Below, in pieces: positions 7,823 through 16,102 of a stretch of DNA of 32,000 nt. The stretch is from contig OY843584.1 of assembly GCA_963692915.1 (NCBI GenBank), forward strand, positions 1,248,000 to 1,279,999. Reading direction: 5' to 3'. The notes under the pieces were generated by a model that was given only the letters and a program-made list of their open reading frames with translations, was not told the DNA's origin and did no database searches. Each line of letters starts with the position of its first letter. Within the stretch, counting starts at the first letter, position 1. The stretch is from Cenarchaeum sp. (GTDB lineage Archaea > Thermoproteota > Nitrososphaeria > Nitrososphaerales > Nitrosopumilaceae). The translations under genes were made by a program, and so were the position numbers.

Positions 7823-8601
7823 GTGACGTCGATGACACAACTGATGCGCTAGAGAGGCGCCTTGAGGGCATGCTTACGCCGCGGCAGGCACCGCGCGGCG
7901 AGGGCGGGTTCAAGGGACGAAAGGTCATTGGCGAGGTCTTTGACCGCTCGACGGTTCATGCGATATACGCGATGATCCGCGAGGGCACACTCTTGCGCGT
8001 CAACGGCACGGTCAGCGCCGGAAAGGAGTCAGTCGTGTTCTGGGCGACTGGCGGTGACGGCAGTGACGTTGCGCTAAAGGTCTACCTCGTGGCGACTGCG
8101 GGGTTTCGCCGGCGCGCCGCCTACGTCGATGGAGATCCGCGATTTGGGCGCGTGCGCGGCGGCACGCGCGCGATGGTCTACGCGTGGGCTCAAAAGGAGT
8201 TCAAGAATTTGTGTCGCGCGCGTGCGCGCGGAATTCGCGTTCCCTCTCCCATAGCGGTCAGCAAGAATGTCATGGCCATGGCATTTGTCGGCGAGGGCGG
8301 CGTGCCGGCCCGCACGCTCAACGCGGTTCGCGCGGGTCGTGCCGAGTACGAGGAGACAGTCAGGATCATCGAGTCGATGTGGCGCGATGCGGCCCTCGTC
8401 CATGGCGACCTCTCCGGATACAACCTCTTTGGCACGAGCGAGGGCGTCATCGTCTTTGACCTCGGCTCGGCAGTCGACACGCGCCATCCGCGCGCGCTCG
8501 AGTTCCTCAAAAGAGATATTAACAATGTCACAAGCCTTTTTGTGAGGCACGGCCTAGAGGTCGAGAACCCCGCAGACGTGCTAGGAAGGATAACGCGATG
8601 A
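7819..8601 (+). CDS. rio1: RIO-type serine/threonine protein kinase
   Basis: Contains VSAGKESVVFWA (P-loop-like), LVHGDLSGYNL (catalytic loop) and VFDLGSAV. The TTG start overlaps the aIF1A stop. Confidence 0.9.
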   Translation: MSDVDDTTDALERRLEGMLTPRQAPRGEGGFKGRKVIGEVFDRSTVHAIYAMIREGTLLRVNGTVSAGKESVVFWATGGDGSDVALKVYLVATAGFRRRAAYVDGDPRFGRVRGGTRAMVYAWAQKEFKNLCRARARGIRVPSPIAVSKNVMAMAFVGEGGVPARTLNAVRAGRAEYEETVRIIESMWRDAALVHGDLSGYNLFGTSEGVIVFDLGSAVDTRHPRALEFLKRDINNVTSLFVRHGLEVENPADVLGRITR

Positions 8602-9161
8602 GCTTTGAGAGGAGAGTAAGGATACCAGCAGCGCGGATCGGCTCACTAGTGGGTCGCTCTGGGAGCGCAAAGGCTAGCATCGAGAGCAGGTGCGGCGTGA
8701 GTGTCGAGATCGACGGCGATTCTGGCGAGGTCGTCATCCGTGGCAGCCTGACTGACGAAAAGTCCGATCCGTTTGGCGCATCAGAGATCGTCACGGCCGT
8801 CGGGAGGGGCTTTTCGGCCGAGGCGGCCATGCCCATAGCGAGCGGCCACTCCCTCCACGTCATGGACCTCAGAGACGTTGCGGGCAAGTCGCGCTCGCAG
8901 ATTGAAAGGATTAAAGGCAGAATAATTGGCGAGCGCGGCAGGGCGCGCAGAAATATGGAGGAGCTTAGCGGAACGCGAATATCCGTATACGGCAGGACAG
9001 TCTCGGTCATCGGCCCACCGGAGGGCATCAGGGAGGCAGTCGCTGCGATCGGCGCGCTCTGCTCGGGCAGCATGCACGCCTCAGTCTATCGCCGTCTAGA
9101 GGCCTCGCGCAGGCGCCAGAGGGCCGAGAAGGCGATACTGTGGGAAGATCAGCATGTCTAG
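8598..9161 (+). CDS. KH-domain RNA-binding protein (archaeal Pno1/Dim2-like)
   Basis: Two KH-like units are present (IGSLVGRSGSAKASIE and IKGRIIGERGRARRNMEE). The position after the RIO kinase is conserved. The start overlaps the upstream stop by 4 nt. Confidence 0.8.
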   Translation: MSFERRVRIPAARIGSLVGRSGSAKASIESRCGVSVEIDGDSGEVVIRGSLTDEKSDPFGASEIVTAVGRGFSAEAAMPIASGHSLHVMDLRDVAGKSRSQIERIKGRIIGERGRARRNMEELSGTRISVYGRTVSVIGPPEGIREAVAAIGALCSGSMHASVYRRLEASRRRQRAEKAILWEDQHV

Positions 9162-11010
9162 CCCGTCGACCTCGTTCAACCAGATATCGCCAAGCGAGTT
9201 CTTTTACAGGAACCGCGACTTGGCAGGGTTCAGCAATCCGACGCGCTCGCTCTACACGGCAGTCAGGGAGTTCGTCGAGAACTCCCTTGACGCGTGCGAC
9301 CGCAGCGGGACGCTGCCAAACGTCCACCTCTCGATAAAGGCAGTCGACCCCGAGGGCACAGACCCACGGCACTATATGCTCACCGTGACTGACAATGGGC
9401 CGGGAATCCCCTCAAAGCACGTGCCCCTCGCGTTTGGAACCGTCCTCTATGGCTCAAAGTTCGTCCTCCAGCAGACTCGCGGGATGTTTGGCCTTGGCGC
9501 GACGATGGCAATACTCTACGGCCAGATAACTACAAACAGCGCTGTGCACGTAAAGAGCTCGACGGATGGCGAGACGCGCGATGAGTACGAGATGCTTCTT
9601 GACATACAAAAAAACAAGCCCGTCATACAAAAGCACGTGACAGTTCCGACAAAGTCAAGGGGCCTGAGCGTGAGCATCTGCCTAGAGGGCGATTACACAA
9701 AGGCAGGCGCCAAGATACGCGATTATGTTCACAAGACGGCCATCATCACGCCTTATGCGACGCTGACGTTTGATGACCCAAAGGGCAAGAGGTACACGTA
9801 TCCACGAATAATAAAGTCAATGCCACTACCGCCGACGATCATCATGCCGCACCCCTATGGCGTGGATGTTGAGACGATACGGCGCATGGTCGTCGAGAGC
9901 ATGGTCGGCATCCCCGCGATGGACGAAAAGATGATGGCTCGCCTGCGCCGCGAGCTAAAGGTAAAGACGCTGACACGCGATGCAGTCCTAAAGGCTGCCA
10001 AGCGCAGGTGGAAGGAGATCACGCGCAACACAAAGATTGCAGTTACACTAATGTCGATCCTAGAGATAGAGCCGGCCCGCCTCGACAGAATACGCGTTGA
10101 GGACATCAATATCACGCGCGGCGAGATCACGTACTGGGACTTTGCGACATCAAAGTCAGTGAGTGTAAAGCTGGATCCCGAGGGCGAGTATTACTCGCAG
10201 CTTGCACACATGGTTCAGGGCGAGACGCTAGTCTCGATGCTCACAAAGAGGTTCCAGCGCGTGGGGCGCAAGACGGCCGAAAAATTTGCCACGTTTGCCG
10301 GATTCAAGCCAGAGGCGCGCCTCGGAAGCATGTCCAACACGGATCTCGTAAAGCTCAGCGACGCGCTCCAAAAGTTCACCGAGTTCAAGCCTCCGGATCC
10401 GCAGTGCCTCGCGCCGCTCGGTGACGATCCCCTCGAGCGCGGCATAAGGCGGTCGCTAAATCCCGATTTTTGCGCCGTCGTCCAGAGGCCTGCCTCGGCG
10501 TACTCGGGGTTTCCCTTTGTCATCGAGCTTGGGGTCGCGTATGGCGGCGACGTGCCAACTGACGGGCCGAGGGTCTACAGGTACGCAAACCGCATACCGC
10601 TCCTGTACGACGAGGGCAGCGACGTCGTCTTAAAGGTCATCGGGGACATTGACTGGCCACGCTACAAGATAAAGGGGGATCCCCCGCTCGTCATAGTCTC
10701 GCACATATGCTCAACGCGCATACCCTACAAGACTGTAGGAAAGGAGAATGTCGCCGACCGCGCCGAGATAGAGCGCGAGCTGCGACTTGCGCTCCAATAC
10801 CTTTTGCGCAAGCTTGCAACATATATGTCAAAGAAGGGACAGGCCGAAAATGCCCGCAAACGGGCAGACCTTTACACAAAGTACATTCCGCTCATCGCGC
10901 AGTTTTGCACCGAGCTGGCCGGGAAAAAGAAAAAGCCCGCATACGAGCAGATGCTAAAGGAGACGCGCGCAGGCATTGATGATCAGGGCGAGTCGACCCC
11001 AAAGTCCTAG
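9154..11010 (+). CDS. top6B: DNA topoisomerase VI subunit B
   Basis: The Bergerat-fold N-terminus reads EFFYRNRDLAGFSNPTRSLYTAVREFVENSLDA, and DNGPGIP is present. At 618 aa, the start overlaps the KH gene by 8 nt. Confidence 0.93.
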   Translation: MSSPSTSFNQISPSEFFYRNRDLAGFSNPTRSLYTAVREFVENSLDACDRSGTLPNVHLSIKAVDPEGTDPRHYMLTVTDNGPGIPSKHVPLAFGTVLYGSKFVLQQTRGMFGLGATMAILYGQITTNSAVHVKSSTDGETRDEYEMLLDIQKNKPVIQKHVTVPTKSRGLSVSICLEGDYTKAGAKIRDYVHKTAIITPYATLTFDDPKGKRYTYPRIIKSMPLPPTIIMPHPYGVDVETIRRMVVESMVGIPAMDEKMMARLRRELKVKTLTRDAVLKAAKRRWKEITRNTKIAVTLMSILEIEPARLDRIRVEDINITRGEITYWDFATSKSVSVKLDPEGEYYSQLAHMVQGETLVSMLTKRFQRVGRKTAEKFATFAGFKPEARLGSMSNTDLVKLSDALQKFTEFKPPDPQCLAPLGDDPLERGIRRSLNPDFCAVVQRPASAYSGFPFVIELGVAYGGDVPTDGPRVYRYANRIPLLYDEGSDVVLKVIGDIDWPRYKIKGDPPLVIVSHICSTRIPYKTVGKENVADRAEIERELRLALQYLLRKLATYMSKKGQAENARKRADLYTKYIPLIAQFCTELAGKKKKPAYEQMLKETRAGIDDQGESTPKS

Positions 11011-11915
11011 CCCATGAGATCCCTTATTGCGAGAAGGAGCCTCGAGTTTGCCTCATGCGTGCCTATCGTCGCGCGCATGCATCCCGTGCGCCCGCCGACC
11101 TTGCCGATCATGCGCACCGATATTCCCTGCTCGGCTAGTGCGGTGTGAACCTGCCTGTGCGCCTTTCCCGCATCAAAGAGGACAAAGTTTGCCTGCGAGC
11201 CAAACGCGTCGATCGCATCATGCGAGGAGAGCGCGCGTGTCACGCGATCCCTCTCGGATATGGTCGTCTTTACGGCATTCCTCATCGCCGCCAGGCTCCC
11301 GTCATCAAGTGATGCTATCGCCGCCTCTATTGAGACCGAGGAGATGGGGTACGGGTACTGGAGCGTCGAGCCAAAGGGTTCGGCCATCTCGCGCGGCGCG
11401 ATCGCATAGCCGACGCGCAGGCCCGCGAGGCCAAAGGACTTTGACATTGTCCTCACGACGATCAGGTTCTCCTGCGAGCGGGCCATCGTGGCAAGCGAAT
11501 AGCGCGCAAACTCGGCGTATGCCTCATCAACGATAACGAGACCGTCAAATGACTTGATGAGGCGGCGCAGTCGGCGCTCGGGGAACTGGAATCCCGTGGG
11601 ATTGTTTGGCGAGTCGAGATATATCGCATCGGCCTTGCGCGCTGCCTCCTCGACGGCTCCCATGTCCACAGTCATGTCATGCCCAAAGGGGACGCGATCC
11701 AGGCGCATGCCGTGAAGGGCGCAGCGAGCCTCAAAGAAGGAGAACGTCGGCTCTGTCACTAGTATGCGTGAGCGGCGCGCGAGGAGGTGGGAGACGGCAA
11801 GGTCGAGTATCTGATCAGAGCCGTTTCCAACGATAATGTTCCCTGCGGGCACGCCGACATAGTTGGCCAGAGCCGCGGCAAGTCGCGCAGCACCGCCGTC
11901 TGGATACTCTCGCAC
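11007..11915 (-). CDS. hisC: Histidinol-phosphate aminotransferase (minimal ORF from the first canonical start; the true N-terminus almost certainly lies upstream, to about 12086)
   Basis: Class-II aminotransferase body (GNGSDQILD, SPNNPTG, RTMSKSFGLAGLRVGY). Upstream and in frame, with no stop, it reads ...YTPAVRPQRTTARLDTNENFVIPK, the conserved N-terminal region. No ATG, GTG or TTG occurs there. Confidence 0.85.
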   Translation of the reverse strand: MREYPDGGAARLAAALANYVGVPAGNIIVGNGSDQILDLAVSHLLARRSRILVTEPTFSFFEARCALHGMRLDRVPFGHDMTVDMGAVEEAARKADAIYLDSPNNPTGFQFPERRLRRLIKSFDGLVIVDEAYAEFARYSLATMARSQENLIVVRTMSKSFGLAGLRVGYAIAPREMAEPFGSTLQYPYPISSVSIEAAIASLDDGSLAAMRNAVKTTISERDRVTRALSSHDAIDAFGSQANFVLFDAGKAHRQVHTALAEQGISVRMIGKVGGRTGCMRATIGTHEANSRLLLAIRDLMG

Positions 11916-12082
11916 GTCAGTCGTGCGACGTGCAACGCCAAGTGCGGCCTGCGGGACTGCTTTTGGGATGACGAAGTTCTCGTTTGTGTCAAGCCTTGCA
12001 GTCGTTCTCTGCGGGCGAACTGCCGGCGTGTATGAGCCGGTCTGGTGTATGGCGTCGATGCGCTTGGCGAGTGCGGCGCGGC

Positions 12083-13366
12083 TCAGCGTAAGCGCCCCCT
12101 GACTGCCGCAGAGTGGGCCGGGAGACCCTCTGCTGCGGCTAGCACGTCAATGTGCGGCATTACGTCGCGCAACGCAGCACGCGAGGCTCGTGCAGACACG
12201 CGCAGCTTTACAAAGTCGATCACCGAGAGCGGGCCGCGCGCACGACCACCGCGGCCGGTGGGGAGTATGTGGTTTGAGCCGAGCGCATAGTCGCTTGCCG
12301 CCGAGGGCGTGTCACCTAGGAGAACCATTCCAGCCGAGCGCACGTCAGCAGCATCACGCGCAGCCGAGCGCGTCATGACCTGCACATGCTCGGGTGCCAT
12401 GATATCGGCTAGGCGCAGGGCATCGGCGCGCGACTTGCAGACTGCGATAAACGCGTTCTTTGAGAGGCTTGTCCTGATGATCGCCGATCGGGCTGATGAG
12501 GCGATGGTGTCACCAAGGAGTGCGGCGACCTTGTGCGCGAGACGCTCAGAGTCAGTTGCCAAAAAGCAGCGCGCATCACCACTGTGCTCGGCCTGCGAGA
12601 CGAGGTCAAGCGCGATGTGGCGCGGGGAGGCCGACGAGTCGGCGACTATGCCAAGCTCTGTAGGACCGGCCGTCATGTCTATTGCAGTTGTGCCCGAGAC
12701 GAGCGACTTTGCCGCAGCGACGTACGGGCCGCCGGGACCAACAATCTTGTCGACTGGCCGGATAGTGCGCGTTCCGTGAGCCATCGCAGCTATCGCATGC
12801 GCGCCGCCCATGCGATAGATCTCTGTGGCTCCGCAGATGTCGGCGGCCACGAGCGTGAGCGCGTCGATCTCGCCGTCACGGGCCGGCGGCGAGGCGACTG
12901 CTATACGGGGCACGCCGGCTATGCGCGCAGGGACTATGGACATGATGGCCGAGCTAGGATATCGAGCCGCTCCGCCTGGCACATAGCATCCGACGCTCCG
13001 GAGGGGAACGAACTCGCGCCGTACGTGCACGCCGGCCGTGCGCGTCGTGCCTGCACGGAGGAGCCTCCTTGTTGCCGCCTCGGCGGCTCCCAGGCGCGAG
13101 GCCACGGCACGGATCGCCGCAATCTCGTGGCGCGACACGCGCGCGTGTGCGGCGCGAATCTGCGAGCGCGTGACCCTGAGTGCCGCCGGCCGTGCGGCGC
13201 CAAACTTGCGCTCATAGCGCATGATGGCCGTATCGCCCCCGCGAACCACGCCGGCGATTATGGCAAAGACGTCGTGTTCAAGACGCGCGCTGCGCGAAAC
13301 CGGCCATGCGTGTGCCGCAAAGCGCTCAACATCACGAACGACGCGCACGGCCACGGGTGGGCGCAC
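12083..13366 (-). CDS. hisD: Histidinol dehydrogenase
   Basis: 427 aa with YVPGGAARYPSS, SQAEHSGDA and HILPTGRGGRARGPLSV motifs. Confidence 0.92.
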   Translation of the reverse strand: MRPPVAVRVVRDVERFAAHAWPVSRSARLEHDVFAIIAGVVRGGDTAIMRYERKFGAARPAALRVTRSQIRAAHARVSRHEIAAIRAVASRLGAAEAATRRLLRAGTTRTAGVHVRREFVPLRSVGCYVPGGAARYPSSAIMSIVPARIAGVPRIAVASPPARDGEIDALTLVAADICGATEIYRMGGAHAIAAMAHGTRTIRPVDKIVGPGGPYVAAAKSLVSGTTAIDMTAGPTELGIVADSSASPRHIALDLVSQAEHSGDARCFLATDSERLAHKVAALLGDTIASSARSAIIRTSLSKNAFIAVCKSRADALRLADIMAPEHVQVMTRSAARDAADVRSAGMVLLGDTPSAASDYALGSNHILPTGRGGRARGPLSVIDFVKLRVSARASRAALRDVMPHIDVLAAAEGLPAHSAAVRGRLR

Positions 13367-13369
13367 GCG

Positions 13370-14404
13370 CTATCGCCTCTTTTTTGCACGCCGGCCGGCC
13401 TGTGGACGCCGACGGGCATGCTCGTGGCCGGTCTCGGCGCGGCTAATCTCCTCGAGCTCCAATATCTGGCGCGGCTCGTGGACGACGAGACCCTGCGCAA
13501 GGCGGCGAACCTTTGGGATTAGCGCGTGGTACTCGGACTTTTTGACGACGGTATTGACGCCGTACCAGCCGTCCTCGCCGAGCGGGCTGATAGTCGGGCG
13601 CTTTAGTGATGGAATTGCCGCAAGGAGCCTAGCCAGGTTGCGCTTTTCGACGTTTAGGTACACGTGAAGGTACTTTTTGCCGTGAACCGCACCGCGCAGC
13701 ATGGTCACAATGTCAAATATCTTTTCGCGTTTTTTTGCATCACGCATAGAGTCACGGTTTGCGATGAGGTGCGCCGTGGACACCAGGACATCATCGCCTA
13801 TCTTTAGCTTGTTCTGCGTCAGCGTCGTGCCCGTCTCGGTGACATCAAGTATCGCATCAACGTCCTCAGGTGGTTTTGCCTCAGTTGCGCCAAACGAGAG
13901 GTGGATCTGGACGGCCTTGTTGGTGCCCGTTCGCAACCACGGTGTGACTATTAGCGGCTCGCGTGAGCCAAAGCGCCTCTTGTATGACGCGCATGACTTT
14001 ACAAACCGTGCCGTGGTCGTGAGGTACTCGGTAGATATGCGCAATGTGCGACCTTTTTTGGCATAGTCGGCGATCATCGAGTCAAGGCCGGCGTATCGCG
14101 AATTTGGGAATGCGGTGACTAGGCGGACGCGCCCGTACTCTAGGTCAAGGAGCTCCTCCACGTCGGCGCGCGCCTCGCCGACCCAGTCATTGCCCGTGAT
14201 TCCGACATCATAGAGACCCTCTGCGACTAGTGTCGGGATCTCTTGAGGGCGCAACATCTTTACTGTTATCTGCGGGTCATCAAGGTATACCCTGTACGTG
14301 CGATCCTTGCGCCTCACGCAAGTCCACGAGCGCTCGAGAAGGCGAAACGTCGAGTCCTCAAGGCTCCCCTTTGGTATGGCAAGTCTTACGGCCATCGGTG
14401 CCAC
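13370..14404 (-). CDS. hisG: ATP phosphoribosyltransferase, long form with C-terminal regulatory domain and basic tail
   Basis: Contains LAIPKGSLE, DVGITGNDW and ILDVTETGTTL. The likely true start is ATG 14393-14395 (MAVRLAIPKGS), 31 nt downstream of the start of a TATA box. Confidence 0.9.
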   Translation of the reverse strand: MAPMAVRLAIPKGSLEDSTFRLLERSWTCVRRKDRTYRVYLDDPQITVKMLRPQEIPTLVAEGLYDVGITGNDWVGEARADVEELLDLEYGRVRLVTAFPNSRYAGLDSMIADYAKKGRTLRISTEYLTTTARFVKSCASYKRRFGSREPLIVTPWLRTGTNKAVQIHLSFGATEAKPPEDVDAILDVTETGTTLTQNKLKIGDDVLVSTAHLIANRDSMRDAKKREKIFDIVTMLRGAVHGKKYLHVYLNVEKRNLARLLAAIPSLKRPTISPLGEDGWYGVNTVVKKSEYHALIPKVRRLAQGLVVHEPRQILELEEISRAETGHEHARRRPQAGRRAKKRR

Positions 14405-14418
14405 GGCGATGCGGGCAG

Positions 14419-14426
14419 CTATATAT
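14419..14426 (-). promoter_or_regulatory. TATA-like box (ATATATAG on minus strand) for hisG-hisD-hisC
   Basis: Starts 31 nt upstream of ATG 14395. It coincides with the last codons and stop of the upstream coiled-coil ORF. Confidence 0.5.
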
Positions 14427-14730
14427 CTAGTGCACGGGCGAGCCGCACCTCGCGCTTCCTCCTCTTGTGCTCCAGCGACGCCGACGGCGGCGGCGTGTTG
14501 GAGTTCTGGTAGTACGACAGCGTGCGCCTCATCGTCCCGACCTCCGCCTCCAGCTCGGCGATCCTCTCGTCCCGCACACCGATCTCGCCCTTCAGCTCGG
14601 CAACACTCTCCTGCAGCTCGCTAATCTTCCTGTCCCGCGCCCTGGCCCGCTCCTCGGAGGCACTGAACATGCCCCGGAGCTGTGCCAACTCGTGGCCTGG
14701 CTCCCCACGCTCGCGCCGTTTGCCCTTCAC
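14419..14730 (-). CDS. Coiled-coil protein, 103 aa, resembling the N-terminal leucine-zipper module of DDE transposases (possible IS remnant)
   Basis: Very high GC3 and RNY pattern in this frame. A heptad-like segment (ELQESVAELKGEIGVRDERIAELEAEVG) is followed by YYQNSNTPPPSAS and a basic KRRKRE patch. No catalytic domain follows. Confidence 0.5.
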   Translation of the reverse strand: MKGKRRERGEPGHELAQLRGMFSASEERARARDRKISELQESVAELKGEIGVRDERIAELEAEVGTMRRTLSYYQNSNTPPPSASLEHKRRKREVRLARALDI

Positions 14731-14832
14731 GTCCCGGCGTGCGCCGCCGCGGTAAATGGATCGGCAGGATCGCGCCTATTTGACCAAAAGGGGAGGAGGT
14801 GCTGACCTCATACGCTCAACGTTGTGCGTGCG

Positions 14833-16101
14833 CTAGGCTTCGGCACTGCGCGCAGTGCCGAGTATCTCCCTGGCGCGACCCTCTGATATGTCACCCTCCT
14901 TGACCATCTGTTTGGCAATGGCCGCGGCACGATCGGGGCGTGCGCCGGCCGCAATGGCAAGATTTCTCGCATGGAGGCGCATATGGCCTGCCTGTATTCC
15001 CGTCGTCACTAGCGCACGCATTGCCGAATAGTTCTGCGCGAGTCCCGCGGCGGCCATGATGCACGCAAGGTCGCCTGAGGAGGAGACACGCATGATCTTT
15101 GCGCACACACGAGCAGTCGCGTGAATCCCCGATATGCCACCGATGATCCCGACTGCGAGCGGAATTTCGAGGCGTCCGACGAGGTTCCCGTTCTCATCAA
15201 CTGACCACTCGCTAAGTGACGAATACACGCCGCTGCGCGCGGCGTGCGCGTGGGCCGCAGCCTCGATCGCGCGCACGTCCTGGCCCACTGCCGAGGCGAC
15301 TGCGACAATCCCGTTCATGATCCCCTTGTTGTGCGTTACTGCGCGATACATGTCATGCTTTGCGAGCTGGTGGGCGAGTATCATGTCATTTACCGTGCCG
15401 CTACCCCCAACCTCGGACTTTTCAAACACGGCAGTCACGCTAACCGTGCGTCGTGTCGAATAGTTTGAGAGGATTCGCATTAGCGCGCGGCCCTTCGTTG
15501 CGGTCTCGATCACTGGTGCAGCAGCCTCACACATTGAGTTTGTCGCGTTGGCTCCCATTGCGTCGCCGACGTCGACGTCGATCTCGACGACTAGCTGTTC
15601 AGGGCCGTCGGTCTTTACTCGCCGGCACGAGACGGACTTTGCTCCGTGGCCAAGTCGCGGAAGCGTGCGACTCGCCGAGTTTGCCGCATCGAGGATTGCG
15701 TCGGCAGCATCGGCAACCCTCGCCTCGGCATCACTCGCATAGTCGCCAGTCACCTGAACCTGCCCGATCATGTGGGCGTCGCCGGCGCGCGCACTAAACC
15801 CGCCTGTCGCGCGCGCAGCCTTTGCGCCACGCGAGGCCGCCGCGATAACGGAGGATTCCTCAGTGGCCATTGGGACGATCACGTCGCGCGAGTTGACCAC
15901 AAAGTTCGTCGCCATGCCAAGCGGAACCCCAAACGTGCCTACGGCATTCTCGACCATCGAGTCGGCCTCTCCAAACGCAATCCCGCCGGCGCCGGACAGG
16001 ACTGCAATGTCCCCATCATCAAGCGAGGCGGCCTCACGGAGCGCCGTGAGGCGCTCGTCGCGATCCCTCCTAAAGAATCCCGGCAGTGACGAGCCGGCCA
16101 T
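14833..16101 (-). CDS. hmgA: HMG-CoA reductase, class II type
   Basis: The segment VENAVGTFGVPLGMATNFVVNSRDVIVPMATEESSVIAAASRGAKAARATGGF aligns closely with the class II (Pseudomonas mevalonii MvaA-like) signature. The length is 422 aa. Confidence 0.9.
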   Translation of the reverse strand: MAGSSLPGFFRRDRDERLTALREAASLDDGDIAVLSGAGGIAFGEADSMVENAVGTFGVPLGMATNFVVNSRDVIVPMATEESSVIAAASRGAKAARATGGFSARAGDAHMIGQVQVTGDYASDAEARVADAADAILDAANSASRTLPRLGHGAKSVSCRRVKTDGPEQLVVEIDVDVGDAMGANATNSMCEAAAPVIETATKGRALMRILSNYSTRRTVSVTAVFEKSEVGGSGTVNDMILAHQLAKHDMYRAVTHNKGIMNGIVAVASAVGQDVRAIEAAAHAHAARSGVYSSLSEWSVDENGNLVGRLEIPLAVGIIGGISGIHATARVCAKIMRVSSSGDLACIMAAAGLAQNYSAMRALVTTGIQAGHMRLHARNLAIAAGARPDRAAAIAKQMVKEGDISEGRAREILGTARSAEA

Positions 16102-16102
16102 G

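Noticed and set aside
12083-12110. Programmed -1 frameshift producing a HisD-HisC fusion
   Set aside because: The hisC frame is open across the hisD 3' end, but the only G-run there (AGG GGG C) does not form a proper X XXY YYZ slippery heptamer. I see no downstream structure either. Non-canonical initiation is the simpler explanation.
12533-13522. 329-aa plus-strand ORF across hisD/hisG
   Set aside because: It is antisense to two unambiguous his genes. Its Arg/Cys/Gly-rich composition is implausible for a real protein.
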